From positions 1-64,000 of IMG/VR virus record IMGVR_UViG_3300027985_001729: a stretch of DNA of 64,000 bases. One strand, written 5' to 3'. Under the pieces are notes generated by a model. That model saw nothing but the letters and a program-made list of their open reading frames with translations. It was not told the DNA's origin and searched no databases. Positions 9,077 to 19,099 of the stretch are shown in pieces (positions within the stretch are counted from its first letter, which is position 1; every line of letters starts with the position of its first letter). The translations under genes were made by a program, and so were the position numbers. This DNA is from a virus.

Positions 9077-11125
9077 TCAGCCCTTGGCCTTTGTTGATCG
9101 CTTCCGCCCGCGGCCCTTGGCAGGTTCTGCCTTCTCCTCCGATTCGGAAGACTTGCCCTGATGGACGTCGAGTTGTCGAGGATCCGTCTCCCCGAACCTC
9201 CAGAGCAGATCGCCAGTGTTGTCGGGGAGTCGCCCTCGGCTCACGATTTCCTCATCCACGAGCCATCCGATGGCCGACTCGAGGAAGCTCGCGCACGGGC
9301 CCACGGAGAAGTCCTCGCCTGTCTCGTTCTTCAGATCGGAAGCGAGGTCCGAGACCCGAAGACCAACCTCTCCCGCCTTCGACACGCGGTCGAGCACCTG
9401 CGCTCGGATCCCGTAGCTGTAGATGCCAGACTTCATGTCGATGAGCCCGGTGTTCACAGCGGAAGCCACCGCTGCGGAGACCATGGTCTTGACGGAAGGG
9501 GTCGGGTTGGTGATCGACGCGACGTCGCACGTCGCCTGCACGATCGCTTCGCGCGACAGTCCTTCCCCACCGCTCAAAATCGCCGCCCGGACGACGAACG
9601 GACGGAGCCCCTTCGCGGAGAGCTCCACGCTCACCTTGGGCTCCGGCGATGGCTTTCCCTGCTCCGCTTCCTGTTCGGCGACTGGTTCGGCGACTGGTTG
9701 ACCCTCTTCATCGTCGGGCGTGGTCGTTTCGGATTCCGTTTTCGGCGTTGGCGTGGCCGAGGCAGCATCGGCGAATGCCTGGGCTGGCGTCATGGACTCA
9801 CGGAGGAGCTCGCGATCGTCCGCGACCGCTCGTACCACGCGCACGGGTCCATAGGTGGTTGTGACGATCACGGCATAGGCGTCGACCTCGTAGGTCCTCT
9901 CGTCGCCGTGACGCAGGCTCTGGAGCGCACGCTTGCGCTCTTCGAGCTCGGAGATGCGGGACTTCGCGTCCTTTTCGGTGGCACCCGCCGAGAGCTTGGC
10001 CCCGTCGATGCGCGCCCTGTGCTCCTTGATTTCGTCCTCGATCTTCGCGACCTCGACGAACATTCTCGCGAGCGCATGGTCGTCGATCTTCTCGGTCACG
10101 ATGTGTTGGATCACCTGACGTTGAGGCTTCGGCGCTGGCACCAGAGGGGCCACAGCGTCGTGAAAGAGATGACCGATGCCCTTGTTGTCGAGCAGGCGCC
10201 GAAGCGCGTTGAGGTGTGCGTCCGCCTGAAGCCTCGCCTTGCGCTCGTCCTCGTAGCGTTCCGTCGCCTTCCGTTCGAACTCCGTACGGTCCGCCGCTGC
10301 CTTGGTCTCAGCCTCGAGCCGGTTCACGTCGTAGAGCGTTGTTGCCCCGGGAACGGTTGGCGTCACGAGCGCCTTCGCACCCGTGGTGAGTATTTCGAAG
10401 CGGTTCGAAGCCACGGAGAAGGCGCTGGACTTCTCCTCGAGCCACGTCCCCTCTCGTTCGTCTTCATCATCGCCATCGTCTGTCCTTCGATGGATTTCCA
10501 GCGCCGCTGTTCTCTCGAAAAGGATCCCAGCTTCGGCGAGCGCCTTGAGGTCCATGGCCACCACATCCACGGGAAGCTCCACGCTGAACCCGGCAGGCAC
10601 CATCGGCTTTTTCCCTGAAAGGATGTCGACCACCTCCTCCGCGAAGACGGCAGCGTTCGGTGCGTCGGCTGTTGCACAGATAACTGCCGCGAGGATCGAT
10701 GTCCTGCGCGCGACGATCTTCGACGGGGTGTCGAGCTCGGCACGAAGTTCGGCCGTCGCCTCCCAACGAGGAGGCGCGTCCTTCCCGTCGCCCGGGAGCT
10801 TGCGCGCGCGCGGCGGATCCATCGCCGCGTACTTGTCGAGCTCTGCCTCGATGGGCCCTCCAGCTACGTAGGGCCCTGGCCTCGCGTTCACGCCCTCCTG
10901 GATCTCCTCCAAGGTCACTGGCCCCGTGGCCCCGACGAGCTCGAGCGCGACATCTTCCGGCAGCATGGACCTCTTCTCATCGCTGACGGTCGTTTCATGT
11001 CCCGCATCGGCAACCGGCTCCGTCGCTGTTGCGGCCGCGCGCGCCCACTCGTCGCGGACGTTGGACGCCTTTTCGCCGCCCATCTTGCTCAAGTCCATGG
11101 CGTTATTCCGCCCACCTGTGTCCAT
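9077..11125 (-). CDS. Large phage hypothetical protein with coiled-coil and possible winged-helix segments
   Basis: Long ORF with high-GC codon pattern, 2 bp upstream of the MTase; start at 11125 or 11098. Confidence 0.65.
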   Translation of the reverse strand: MDTGGRNNAMDLSKMGGEKASNVRDEWARAAATATEPVADAGHETTVSDEKRSMLPEDVALELVGATGPVTLEEIQEGVNARPGPYVAGGPIEAELDKYAAMDPPRARKLPGDGKDAPPRWEATAELRAELDTPSKIVARRTSILAAVICATADAPNAAVFAEEVVDILSGKKPMVPAGFSVELPVDVVAMDLKALAEAGILFERTAALEIHRRTDDGDDEDEREGTWLEEKSSAFSVASNRFEILTTGAKALVTPTVPGATTLYDVNRLEAETKAAADRTEFERKATERYEDERKARLQADAHLNALRRLLDNKGIGHLFHDAVAPLVPAPKPQRQVIQHIVTEKIDDHALARMFVEVAKIEDEIKEHRARIDGAKLSAGATEKDAKSRISELEERKRALQSLRHGDERTYEVDAYAVIVTTTYGPVRVVRAVADDRELLRESMTPAQAFADAASATPTPKTESETTTPDDEEGQPVAEPVAEQEAEQGKPSPEPKVSVELSAKGLRPFVVRAAILSGGEGLSREAIVQATCDVASITNPTPSVKTMVSAAVASAVNTGLIDMKSGIYSYGIRAQVLDRVSKAGEVGLRVSDLASDLKNETGEDFSVGPCASFLESAIGWLVDEEIVSRGRLPDNTGDLLWRFGETDPRQLDVHQGKSSESEEKAEPAKGRGRKRSTKAKG

Positions 11126-11208
11126 AAGTCTCCCTCGCCCGCCCACGCGGATGCCACCAAGGCGCCGACCAAGACGGGAAATCGTCGTGAGCCTATGCAC
11201 GGCGCATG

Positions 11209-11258
11209 GCAGGTGTCAAGTGACTCGAGATATTAGACTCGGGACAGTTGACACCTGC
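11209..11258. promoter_or_regulatory. Divergent promoter/operator switch
   Basis: 11-bp inverted repeat GCAGGTGTCAA / TTGACACCTGC gives a TTGACA -35 box on each strand; GACTCG(A/G)GA direct repeat in between. Confidence 0.6.
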
Positions 11259-11283
11259 GTGGAAGACGTCGCAAGCTGGAGCT

Positions 11284-11595
11284 ATGGGTAAGACCAGAAC
11301 AATTGCCGCTCCGAATGCGTCCGCCATCGTCGCTCTCCGCAAGGCACTCGGACTGTCACAGCAACAGGTCGCAAACCGTGGAGGGATCACCCGGGACGTC
11401 GTGACGACGAACGAGCGCGGGGCACGCAAGCTGACGAGCTTCCCTGCTCGCGTCGGGCTGGCCAAGGGGCTCGGCATCACCCTCGACGAATTCAACGAGC
11501 TGGTCGACGGGCAGGTGGAGGTGGAGGTCCTCGCGGACCGTGTACGAACTCGCGAGCCAGCAAACCAGGAATCCGACGTCCAGTCCGTTCGCTGA
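11284..11595 (+). CDS. XRE/Cro-like HTH transcriptional regulator
   Basis: LRKALGLSQQQVANRGGITRDVVTTNERG. Confidence 0.85.
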   Translation: MGKTRTIAAPNASAIVALRKALGLSQQQVANRGGITRDVVTTNERGARKLTSFPARVGLAKGLGITLDEFNELVDGQVEVEVLADRVRTREPANQESDVQSVR

Positions 11596-11644
11596 TCAAC
11601 AACGCCTGAGGCGGTCTGCGGCGACGCCGCGACGAGGAGGAGCC

Positions 11645-12517
11645 TTGCCCAAAGCGTTCGACAAGCTGGTCGCATTTGTCGCCCTGTTCGAGGGACGGAT
11701 ACGGATAGAAGCGGCACGAGGGGCCAAGGTGGGCACGCAGCGCGCTGTGCTGGGAGCGTTGATCGCTCGGGCCAACGAAACAGGAGAGGTGCCGCCTGGG
11801 CTCGCACCGCGAACACAGGACATGGTTGCCATGCTCGGGGTGAGCGACAGGAGCGCAAGGGCTGCCATCGCCGCGCTCAGGTCGCAGGGGCTAATCGCCA
11901 CCGTAGACCGACCTGGCAAGCCGCGAGGGTTCAACCTCTTGCTCACGTTCGACCGTGAGACCCCCTGCAAAAATGATAGCCCTGGCGAATTTGCAGGGGG
12001 TCTCACGGATGGATTGGACGAGACACCCCCTGCAAAAATGATAGCCCTTGCAAAAACGCCAGTGGTCAACGGAGTAACCACCTGCAAAAGCGCAACCCCT
12101 GGCGAATTTGCAGGGGGTGCAAAAGCGCAACCCCTGGCGAATTTGCAGGGGGTATCCGAAGACGGTGCTTCGGAAGCAAAGAGGAGGTCGGTCGCGAGGA
12201 CAGTGCTCAGCCCATCGAACGCCGTCGGGTGGGAGATCTGGGAGATCCTCGTTGGGTCCTCGACGATCCGAGCTGCCGAGGACGCAGACCAGAAGCCGAA
12301 GCCTGGGTCATTGGCGCGGATGGCGAAGGGGATCGCGGACAGGATCGCGCGCGGCGACACGAGCCTTGAGACAGCCAAACGGGCGATCGACGCGATCTCC
12401 TCGGAGGTCGGCGCTGAATCTCCGAAACTTCCGACGATGGAAGAGCTTTCCCAGCTTTTTTCACGACATTTGAGAACGATCCGGCGCGGAAACGGGATCG
12501 GTCAGGAGCAGCCATGA
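11645..12517 (+). CDS. HTH replication-initiator-like protein
   Basis: TTG start after GAGGAGG; TQDMVAMLGVSDRSARAAIAALRSQGLI winged HTH; internal iteron-like repeats. Confidence 0.65.
   Translation: MPKAFDKLVAFVALFEGRIRIEAARGAKVGTQRAVLGALIARANETGEVPPGLAPRTQDMVAMLGVSDRSARAAIAALRSQGLIATVDRPGKPRGFNLLLTFDRETPCKNDSPGEFAGGLTDGLDETPPAKMIALAKTPVVNGVTTCKSATPGEFAGGAKAQPLANLQGVSEDGASEAKRRSVARTVLSPSNAVGWEIWEILVGSSTIRAAEDADQKPKPGSLARMAKGIADRIARGDTSLETAKRAIDAISSEVGAESPKLPTMEELSQLFSRHLRTIRRGNGIGQEQP
11953..12152. repeat. Iteron-like repeats, candidate origin of replication
   Basis: 19-bp perfect inverted repeat (11953-11971 / 11990-12008); CCCTGGCGAATTTGCAGGGGG x3; CCCCTGCAAAAATGATAGCCCT x2. Confidence 0.75.
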
Positions 12518-12681
12518 TGGACACGATCGTCAGCGGGTGGACGTGGCGAGCGGACACGCTCGCCGCGGATGGTGAGGTAGGCTTGTTGCAGATCGCCATC
12601 TTGATCCACGAGAACAGGGGCGAGCTCAACGCTGCCGCCGGTCTCGTATCTGCGCTCATCGCGGCAAGGAGGGGGTCGTGA
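12514..12681 (+). CDS. Small hypothetical protein (55 aa)
   Basis: ATGA and GTGA overlaps with both neighbours. Confidence 0.5.
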   Translation: MMDTIVSGWTWRADTLAADGEVGLLQIAILIHENRGELNAAAGLVSALIAARRGS

Positions 12682-14171
12682 AGGGGGGCGAGGTGTACAG
12701 CAGAGTGAGCAGGCGCATGTGGTGCGACGAGCGCTTCTGCGGCCTCTCGAGGCCAGAGCCGAGCGCGCGAGAGCTATGGCTCTACCTGCTCACAGGGCCT
12801 CGGTGCAGCCAGATCCCAGGTCTTGTGCATGTGGGGGTCCTTGGCCTCGCCGACGACCTCGACTGGCCCGTCGACGAGACGCGCAGATGCCTCGATGAAA
12901 TCGTGGGCGCTGGCATGGCCCACGTCGACCATAAGGCGCGCCTGATCTGGCTCCCCAAGGCCGTGCGCCACAACTGGCCAGCCAACAGTTCGATCGTGCT
13001 CGGATGGGCTAAATCGTGGCGCATGTTACCAGAGTGCGCCCTTCGCGAAGATGCGGCAGCAGGGATCGAAAGCCTTTTCGCCGAGGTGAACCAGACCATG
13101 GCCGAGGCCTTCCGCGTGGCTCTAGGGCGGGCTCCGTTCGACCGATCCAAGGTCCCCGTGGGGCGAAGGAAGGGGAAGGGCGAGCAAGAACACCATGGAG
13201 AACACCGTGTTCAAGACGGTGTTCAACACCGTGTCGAACACCGTGTCGAACACCGTGGGGGGGGTGGTGTGCCACATCAAGAACAAGAACAAGAACAAGA
13301 ACAGGAACAAGACCAAGAACAAACAGCGCGCGCGGGCGCGTGTGTTGGGCTTGGTGCGGGAGAGCACCAACGAGAACCAGAAGACATCGTGGCTCTCGTT
13401 CGCGAGTTGTCCGCGAAAGAAGCTGGTTCACCTGACAGCTTCGCGAAGCGCTGCGAAGACCGCCTGGCCAGCGGCAGGAAGCTATCCCCAGCGCAGCGAG
13501 AGCGCCTCCTGAAGATCCTCGACGATCGTCGCAGGCAAGACGTTCCAAAGGCCGAAGCAGACCCCATCGTAGCCAGGGCCTTGGAGCTCTACGGAAAGCT
13601 CAGGGACAGGCGCGTGAAGGGGGAGAAATACGTCTGGACGAGCTCGGATGCTGCGCACGTCGCGAAGCTTGTTACCGAGGCGAAAGGGATCGCCTCTCGC
13701 GAAGAAAGCTCGCCAGCCCCCGAGGACATCGTGGAGCGAGCGATCAGGTCCTACCTCGAAGACCAGGATCAGAAGCTCCGAGATGAACGGTGGCCGCTTG
13801 CCTGGTTGCCATCCAGGATGACCAGATACCCACTGCTAAAAGCCAGAAGAGCTCCAAAGGCGGCAGCAGAGCCACTTCCTACACCTCCCCCGTCGGCTCC
13901 ACGACGCATGCCACCGCGCAACGTGATCGGAATGTTTGGCTCCATCGGGAGGGGTGGCAGCCAAGGACCAAGGCAAGATGGCCCATCGGGGCCATACCGA
14001 TCCGCCGAAGAAGAGACAAGAGCGAGGTGGTCCGCCAGCGCCGAACAGGCGAGGGCGCTCGGGATTGACGCTGGACCAGAACCTGATGACCTCGAGGAAA
14101 TGCAGGCGAGGCTACCTGGCCTCCAAAAATCATGCTTGCTCGCCATGGAGAGCAGGAGCGCGACAGCGTGA
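12678..14171 (+). CDS. Phage replication/replisome-organiser-like protein
   Basis: YSRVSRRMWCDERF..LWLYLLTGP..IPGL N-terminal domain; QEQEQE linker; directly upstream of DnaB. Confidence 0.75.
   Translation: MKGGEVYSRVSRRMWCDERFCGLSRPEPSARELWLYLLTGPRCSQIPGLVHVGVLGLADDLDWPVDETRRCLDEIVGAGMAHVDHKARLIWLPKAVRHNWPANSSIVLGWAKSWRMLPECALREDAAAGIESLFAEVNQTMAEAFRVALGRAPFDRSKVPVGRRKGKGEQEHHGEHRVQDGVQHRVEHRVEHRGGGGVPHQEQEQEQEQEQDQEQTARAGACVGLGAGEHQREPEDIVALVRELSAKEAGSPDSFAKRCEDRLASGRKLSPAQRERLLKILDDRRRQDVPKAEADPIVARALELYGKLRDRRVKGEKYVWTSSDAAHVAKLVTEAKGIASREESSPAPEDIVERAIRSYLEDQDQKLRDERWPLAWLPSRMTRYPLLKARRAPKAAAEPLPTPPPSAPRRMPPRNVIGMFGSIGRGGSQGPRQDGPSGPYRSAEEETRARWSASAEQARALGIDAGPEPDDLEEMQARLPGLQKSCLLAMESRSATA
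13188..13322 (+). repeat. Short tandem repeats inside the replication gene
   Basis: (G/C)AACACCGTG-like 12-bp units and CAAGAA runs encoding EHRV and QE repeats. Confidence 0.7.
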
Positions 14172-16900
14172 GCCGCAACAGCCACCAAACAAGAGCGCCG
14201 AGGAAGCAAGATCCGCCTCCTGTCGCGGGCCGGGTGCCGCCGCATGACCTGGACGCCGAGGCCGCGGTCCTCTCCGCGATCCTCCTGAGCCGCGACGCGT
14301 TGGATCGCGTGCTCGAGATCCTCAAGCCCGAGCATTTCTACAGCGACGCGAACGGTCGCATCTACGAGGCGGCCGTGCAGCTATCGAGCACCAGTACGCC
14401 GATCGATATCGTCTCGGTGGCGTCGTGGCTGCGCGATCGGGAGAAGCTCCAGCAGATCGGCGGCTCGAGCTATCTCGCGCAGCTCGCCGACGCGACACCG
14501 GCAGTGGCGCACGTTGGCGCGCATGCGCAGGTGGTCTTCGAGAAGTGGCGCTTGCGTCAGCTCATCGCGACCTGCCAGCGGATCGCGGCCGAGGGCTACG
14601 GCGACGTGGGCACGGTGCAGGAGTTCGTCGATCGCGCAGAGCAGGACGTTTACCAACTTGCCCACCGTGACAACAAGAGCAACGTCGTCCATGTGAAGGC
14701 AGCCATCCAGGGAGCGTTCGCGAAGATCAGCGCCGCTGCCGAACGCGGGGATCGGATCACTGGGATCTCTACGGGCTACGATCGATTCGACGCAAAGACC
14801 GCTGGCTTGCACCCGGGCGACCTCACTGTTGTCGCCGCTCGCCCTGGTATGGGAAAGACCTCGTTCGTGCTCAACATGGCGGTGAACGTGGCCACCCCAC
14901 CGCTCATGGACAATGGGCACGGTGAGACGGTCTTCGACTTGTCGAAGACCTATCACGGCGTCGTGGTCTTCTCTCTCGAGATGCCGCGCGAGCAGCTTGG
15001 TATGCGGATGTCGTGCGCGGAAGGCCGCGTCGACGTAGGCAAGGTGCGGCAGGGACAACTCCAGCCAGACGAATGGGACCGCATCACCGAGGCAGCTTCG
15101 TACCTCTCGAACTTGCCGATCTGGGTCGATGACACGCCGGCGATCACCTTGCTCGAGGTGAGAGCGAAGGTTCGGCGCATCCAAGCAGAATTCGATCGTC
15201 CAGCGACGGAAACGACCCCAGAGCAGAAGATCGGGCTGGTTGTCATCGACTACATCCAGCTCATGAAGGGGCCGGATGGGATCTCGAACAGGGAGCAGGA
15301 GATCAGCGCGATATCTCGAGGCCTGAAGCAGCTATCGAAAGAACTAGGCGTTCACGTCATTGGTCTGAGCCAGCTCAACCGGGCCGTTGAAACTCGGAGC
15401 ACAAAGGACAAGAGGCCTCAGCTATCGGACCTGCGGGAGTGCGTCGCGAGCTCGGAGTGGACCGCCGACCCACGCACAGGGGCGATACTATCGATGGCGG
15501 AGCTCGCGCATACGCGTTCCCCACGAGTTTATGGTCTCAACGGACAGATGCGATCCGTCGGCGCGACGGTGGCCGATGTTTGGTCGACCGGGAGCAAGGA
15601 CGTGCTCCGCGTTCGGACACGAACGGGCAGATCCCTGCGCTGCACGCACAACCACCCGCTGCTCACGGTGCAAGGGTGGCGCGCGGCTGGTGAGCTCAAG
15701 CTGGGCGATCACGTGGCGCTTGTGCGCTCGGTTCCCGAGCCAACCAGCCCTCGCAACCAGTACACGGACGACGAACTGAGACTTCTCGGATATCTCGTTT
15801 GCGACGGCTCGTACTCGAAGTGGCGGTCGGTGTCCTACGTGAAGGGCGACCCCGAGCTCGTGAGCGATATTTCCACGATCGTTGACCAGCGGTTTGAAAT
15901 CCCCGTGAAGCCGAAGCCGTGCAAGGGGAAAGCGAAGCAGGTCGAGTTTAGGATGGATCGATCTGGCCCCAACGCGAACGCGCTCATCGAATGGCTGAAA
16001 GAGATCGGCATCCATGGGCAAAAGACCGAGACGAAGGCTCTGCCGTGGAATGTCTTCGAGAGCGACAACAGAACGCTCGGGGTTCTGCTCGGGGCCACGT
16101 GGGCAGGCGATGGGACCGTGGTCGCGAGAAAGAGCGGGCGAGGTGGTCGGTTGAAGTTCACCAGCGTAAGCACGTCCCTGATCGACCAGGTATCCTGGAT
16201 GTTGTCGAGGCTCGGGATCGTGTGGTCGAAGAAGGGACCCTTTCGGAACACAAGGTCGAAGAAGGACCTGTACGAGCTCATTGTCGATGGGCGCGCCGAC
16301 GTGGCCAGATTCGCCAAGTTCGTACCTGTGCCAGGATCGAAAGGCAGAAAGCTCAAAAAGATCGTTGAGAGCAGGGGCAGGAAGGACAACACACAGCTCG
16401 GCAGGTTGCCGGTCGAAGTGACGAACGAGCTCGGAAGACGCGCGAAGGAATGTGGCGTTTCGTGGTCACAACTTGGCTACAGGTGCCAGGGCAAAGCGAT
16501 CGCTCCTGCTGACCTGCGGAGGTGCGCCGTGGCTCTCGACGCTGAAGAGCTTGCCAAGCTCGCGAGCGATAGCATCCTCTGGGATCCGGTCGTGAGCATC
16601 CAGCCCGACGGCGCGGAGGAGTGCTTCGACGCGCGTGTCCCCGCGACAGGATCGTTCATGGCGAGCGGCTTCTTCGTCCACAACAGCGGGGCGATCGAGC
16701 AGGATGCTGACATGATCGTCTTCATCTATCGCGACGAGTACTACAACCCCGAGACGACGAACGCGAAGGGGATCGCGGAGCTCATCATCGCCAAGCAGCG
16801 TAACGGTCCGACGGGCAAGGTCCTGACGCGCTTCACCTCGTCATGTACGCGTTTCGACAACCTGGCGCATGGCGATTATCCAGAGGAAGAAAGCGAATGA
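14168..16900 (+). CDS. dnaB: Replicative DNA helicase DnaB containing an intein
   Basis: PPHDLDAEAAVL, AARPGMGKT, FSLEM, VIDYIQL, LSQLNR, SDLRE/SGAIEQDAD, AKQRNGPTG. Confidence 0.95.
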   Translation: MSRNSHQTRAPRKQDPPPVAGRVPPHDLDAEAAVLSAILLSRDALDRVLEILKPEHFYSDANGRIYEAAVQLSSTSTPIDIVSVASWLRDREKLQQIGGSSYLAQLADATPAVAHVGAHAQVVFEKWRLRQLIATCQRIAAEGYGDVGTVQEFVDRAEQDVYQLAHRDNKSNVVHVKAAIQGAFAKISAAAERGDRITGISTGYDRFDAKTAGLHPGDLTVVAARPGMGKTSFVLNMAVNVATPPLMDNGHGETVFDLSKTYHGVVVFSLEMPREQLGMRMSCAEGRVDVGKVRQGQLQPDEWDRITEAASYLSNLPIWVDDTPAITLLEVRAKVRRIQAEFDRPATETTPEQKIGLVVIDYIQLMKGPDGISNREQEISAISRGLKQLSKELGVHVIGLSQLNRAVETRSTKDKRPQLSDLRECVASSEWTADPRTGAILSMAELAHTRSPRVYGLNGQMRSVGATVADVWSTGSKDVLRVRTRTGRSLRCTHNHPLLTVQGWRAAGELKLGDHVALVRSVPEPTSPRNQYTDDELRLLGYLVCDGSYSKWRSVSYVKGDPELVSDISTIVDQRFEIPVKPKPCKGKAKQVEFRMDRSGPNANALIEWLKEIGIHGQKTETKALPWNVFESDNRTLGVLLGATWAGDGTVVARKSGRGGRLKFTSVSTSLIDQVSWMLSRLGIVWSKKGPFRNTRSKKDLYELIVDGRADVARFAKFVPVPGSKGRKLKKIVESRGRKDNTQLGRLPVEVTNELGRRAKECGVSWSQLGYRCQGKAIAPADLRRCAVALDAEELAKLASDSILWDPVVSIQPDGAEECFDARVPATGSFMASGFFVHNSGAIEQDADMIVFIYRDEYYNPETTNAKGIAELIIAKQRNGPTGKVLTRFTSSCTRFDNLAHGDYPEEESE
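15440..16684 (+). mobile_element. 415-aa intein with LAGLIDADG-type endonuclease
   Basis: SDLRE|C...THNHPLL...LLGYLVCDG...LLGATWAGDG...FFVHN|S. Confidence 0.93.
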
Positions 16901-17754
16901 CACACGTTGGAGTACCATCGAACTTCACCCGCGTGATGCGCGCCATGTTCATCGATGCTGGCCCGACGCGATCCGGGTGGGTCGTGCTCGAGACATGGAC
17001 CGATTACCAGAGCACGATCATCTTGCCAACGAGCGGCGGATGGTCTCCTCTTGACCAAGAGGACAGGTGGCTCGGGCCGACCATGGCGAGCGTGTGGAAC
17101 GATGGCGGAGTGGTGGGGATCGAGTACATCGACGGCGGTCTCTACGACCGCAAGCGCTGGCAACAACTGCTCGAGACGGGGAGGGTCGAAGGGGAGATCC
17201 GACGGATCGCCAAGTCGCGCGGGGGACGCGCGCCAGACCCGATGCCGTTCCGAGAGATGCCAGGGGCGCGACGAGCTTCTCCTCGAATCCTCTTCGCCGT
17301 TCCCGCGTCGAGTTGGCGCCTCCACCTGATGGGACGCAAGGACGCCAAGGACCAGGAGATTGAGGTGGTCGTGCGGCACCTCATCGGGAGGAAGGTCAAC
17401 CTCGGCCCGAGACTTGGCGAACAGCACGTCGTTGACGTGCCAGGGCTCGATAGCACCTCAAAGCCACACATATACGACGCAGCAGGTGGTGCGCTCGTGC
17501 TCACGAGCGTCATGCTCGGCGTCCAACTCATCGTCCCGGATGACGTTCGAGCGGCTCAGGAGCGAGCTCGAGCAGACGCGAGGCAGCGAAAAGCCATCGC
17601 GAAGACGTGCGCCGCGCTTGGGGTGGATCCAAGGCGCGCCAAGCTAGCAAACGGGGAGAGCGCCGTCCCAGAGCGGAGGAAGATGGCCAGAGGGCAGCGG
17701 GCAGGAAAGAGAGCCGTCTCTCAGAACACGAGGGACTTCAGGCGGAAGAAATGA
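16897..17754 (+). CDS. RuvC-like Holliday junction resolvase
   Basis: FIDAGPTRSGW, VGIE, VPASSWR, HIYDA acidic motifs. Confidence 0.6.
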   Translation: MTHVGVPSNFTRVMRAMFIDAGPTRSGWVVLETWTDYQSTIILPTSGGWSPLDQEDRWLGPTMASVWNDGGVVGIEYIDGGLYDRKRWQQLLETGRVEGEIRRIAKSRGGRAPDPMPFREMPGARRASPRILFAVPASSWRLHLMGRKDAKDQEIEVVVRHLIGRKVNLGPRLGEQHVVDVPGLDSTSKPHIYDAAGGALVLTSVMLGVQLIVPDDVRAAQERARADARQRKAIAKTCAALGVDPRRAKLANGESAVPERRKMARGQRAGKRAVSQNTRDFRRKK

Positions 17755-17917
17755 ATCCAAAGAAAACGGCGGGCTATTGGAGTAGCCCGCCGCATTCAGT
17801 GAGACTGATTGCCGATCAGTTTGATTGAACCCGAACGTTTGTAATACTGTCCGAGGGGGACTTTTTTGTCAACCGGATTCTGCATGCGACTCTACACGCT
17901 GAAACAACGAACACCTT

Positions 17918-18244
17918 TCAGCGAAATCTCACGATTGCTGACCCAACGCGGACAAATCGCCCAGCCCGAAGAAGGTCGTCCACGTGCTCGAGCACAACTT
18001 CGTGTGACCACACCGTGTCCACGCCCGGGGTGAGGTCGCCGTTCTTGTCGGCGACAATCGCTGCCAACTCTTCGGGCTCTAGAGGCCCGTCGTCGCGAAG
18101 GATGTCCGCGATGAAGTCATCGATGGTCGCGTCGTCGCCAGGAGCGCGAGACACGGGTGCAGGAGGGTCAGGGATGGTTCCACTCCAAGAGAACCGTTCT
18201 CTCCTGTGAAGCCGTACCACATCGACGCGCCGATCTTTCAGCAT
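17918..18244 (-). CDS. Hypothetical protein, possible winged helix
   Basis: 108-aa ORF following the 18258 gene. Confidence 0.5.
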   Translation of the reverse strand: MLKDRRVDVVRLHRRERFSWSGTIPDPPAPVSRAPGDDATIDDFIADILRDDGPLEPEELAAIVADKNGDLTPGVDTVWSHEVVLEHVDDLLRAGRFVRVGSAIVRFR

Positions 18245-18257
18245 GATCAGGACTCCA

Positions 18258-18929
18258 TCAAATCATCGTGTAAGCTGCCGCATAGCCGGCCCCCTCGGCG
18301 ACGAGGAGCACCCGCATGCGCTCTCGAGCCACCGCGGACGAAGCCCTCTTTCCAGCGAAACGGAGCTCCCCCTTGCGTACGTCCATCACCGCCCGCTTCA
18401 TGGGCTTGTTGCTCGGCGTCTTGAGGTGTTCCATGAGGGCCACGGTGACGTCGACACGGGCTTGAGAAAGAGGCTCTCCGCGCATGTACAGCTTCACGAT
18501 GTGAGGCTCACCCTTGATGACGAGACCAACTTCGGGGTTGATGTGGATCGCCACGCGCTGCTCACGCCCAGATCCGAGGTCGATCGTACCACCAACGGGC
18601 CAGTCCTGCTGAGGTGGGATGAACGTTGTCGGCTCGACCTTTTTCACGAACCTCTTCCACCCCCTGACGATCTCCGGGAAGATGACGATGGCCCTCTTGT
18701 CGGTGATGCTTCCCACGAACTTGTCGAATTCATCGACCCCTTTCTTCCATTGGGACACGTCCACGATGAGCTCACGCACAGGCCTGTAGAAGTCGCTGAT
18801 GTTGGTGTCGAGGTGCTCCTTGTGATCCTGCACCTTCGCTACCTTCGTGGCCCCTGAGGCCAGCATCCAATCTACGAAATTCGTCATCGATGCCTGGATC
18901 AGCTCGACGCGGTTTCTGTGGTCGACCAT
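18258..18929 (-). CDS. Conserved hypothetical protein
   Basis: SMTNFVDW..SG.TKV.KV..DFYRPVRE, INPEVGL, KLY; GGAGG ribosome-binding site. Confidence 0.65.
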   Translation of the reverse strand: MVDHRNRVELIQASMTNFVDWMLASGATKVAKVQDHKEHLDTNISDFYRPVRELIVDVSQWKKGVDEFDKFVGSITDKRAIVIFPEIVRGWKRFVKKVEPTTFIPPQQDWPVGGTIDLGSGREQRVAIHINPEVGLVIKGEPHIVKLYMRGEPLSQARVDVTVALMEHLKTPSNKPMKRAVMDVRKGELRFAGKRASSAVARERMRVLLVAEGAGYAAAYTMI

Positions 18930-19099
18930 CGTTTCCTCCAAGTCTATGGAGCCAGTATGGATCCGCATACGCTGATGTCAATACACGGAGGTCATGAGGT
19001 GCATGGCGACCGATGAGGTTGACGTTTGCTCAGCGATGACCATCATGGGCATGTGGAATGTGACACCGAGCTGGAATATCAAGAACAAGTAGTGATGAC

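Noticed and set aside
11953-13322. Repeats as a CRISPR array
   Set aside because: No regular repeat-spacer periodicity, repeats are intragenic, and no cas genes are present
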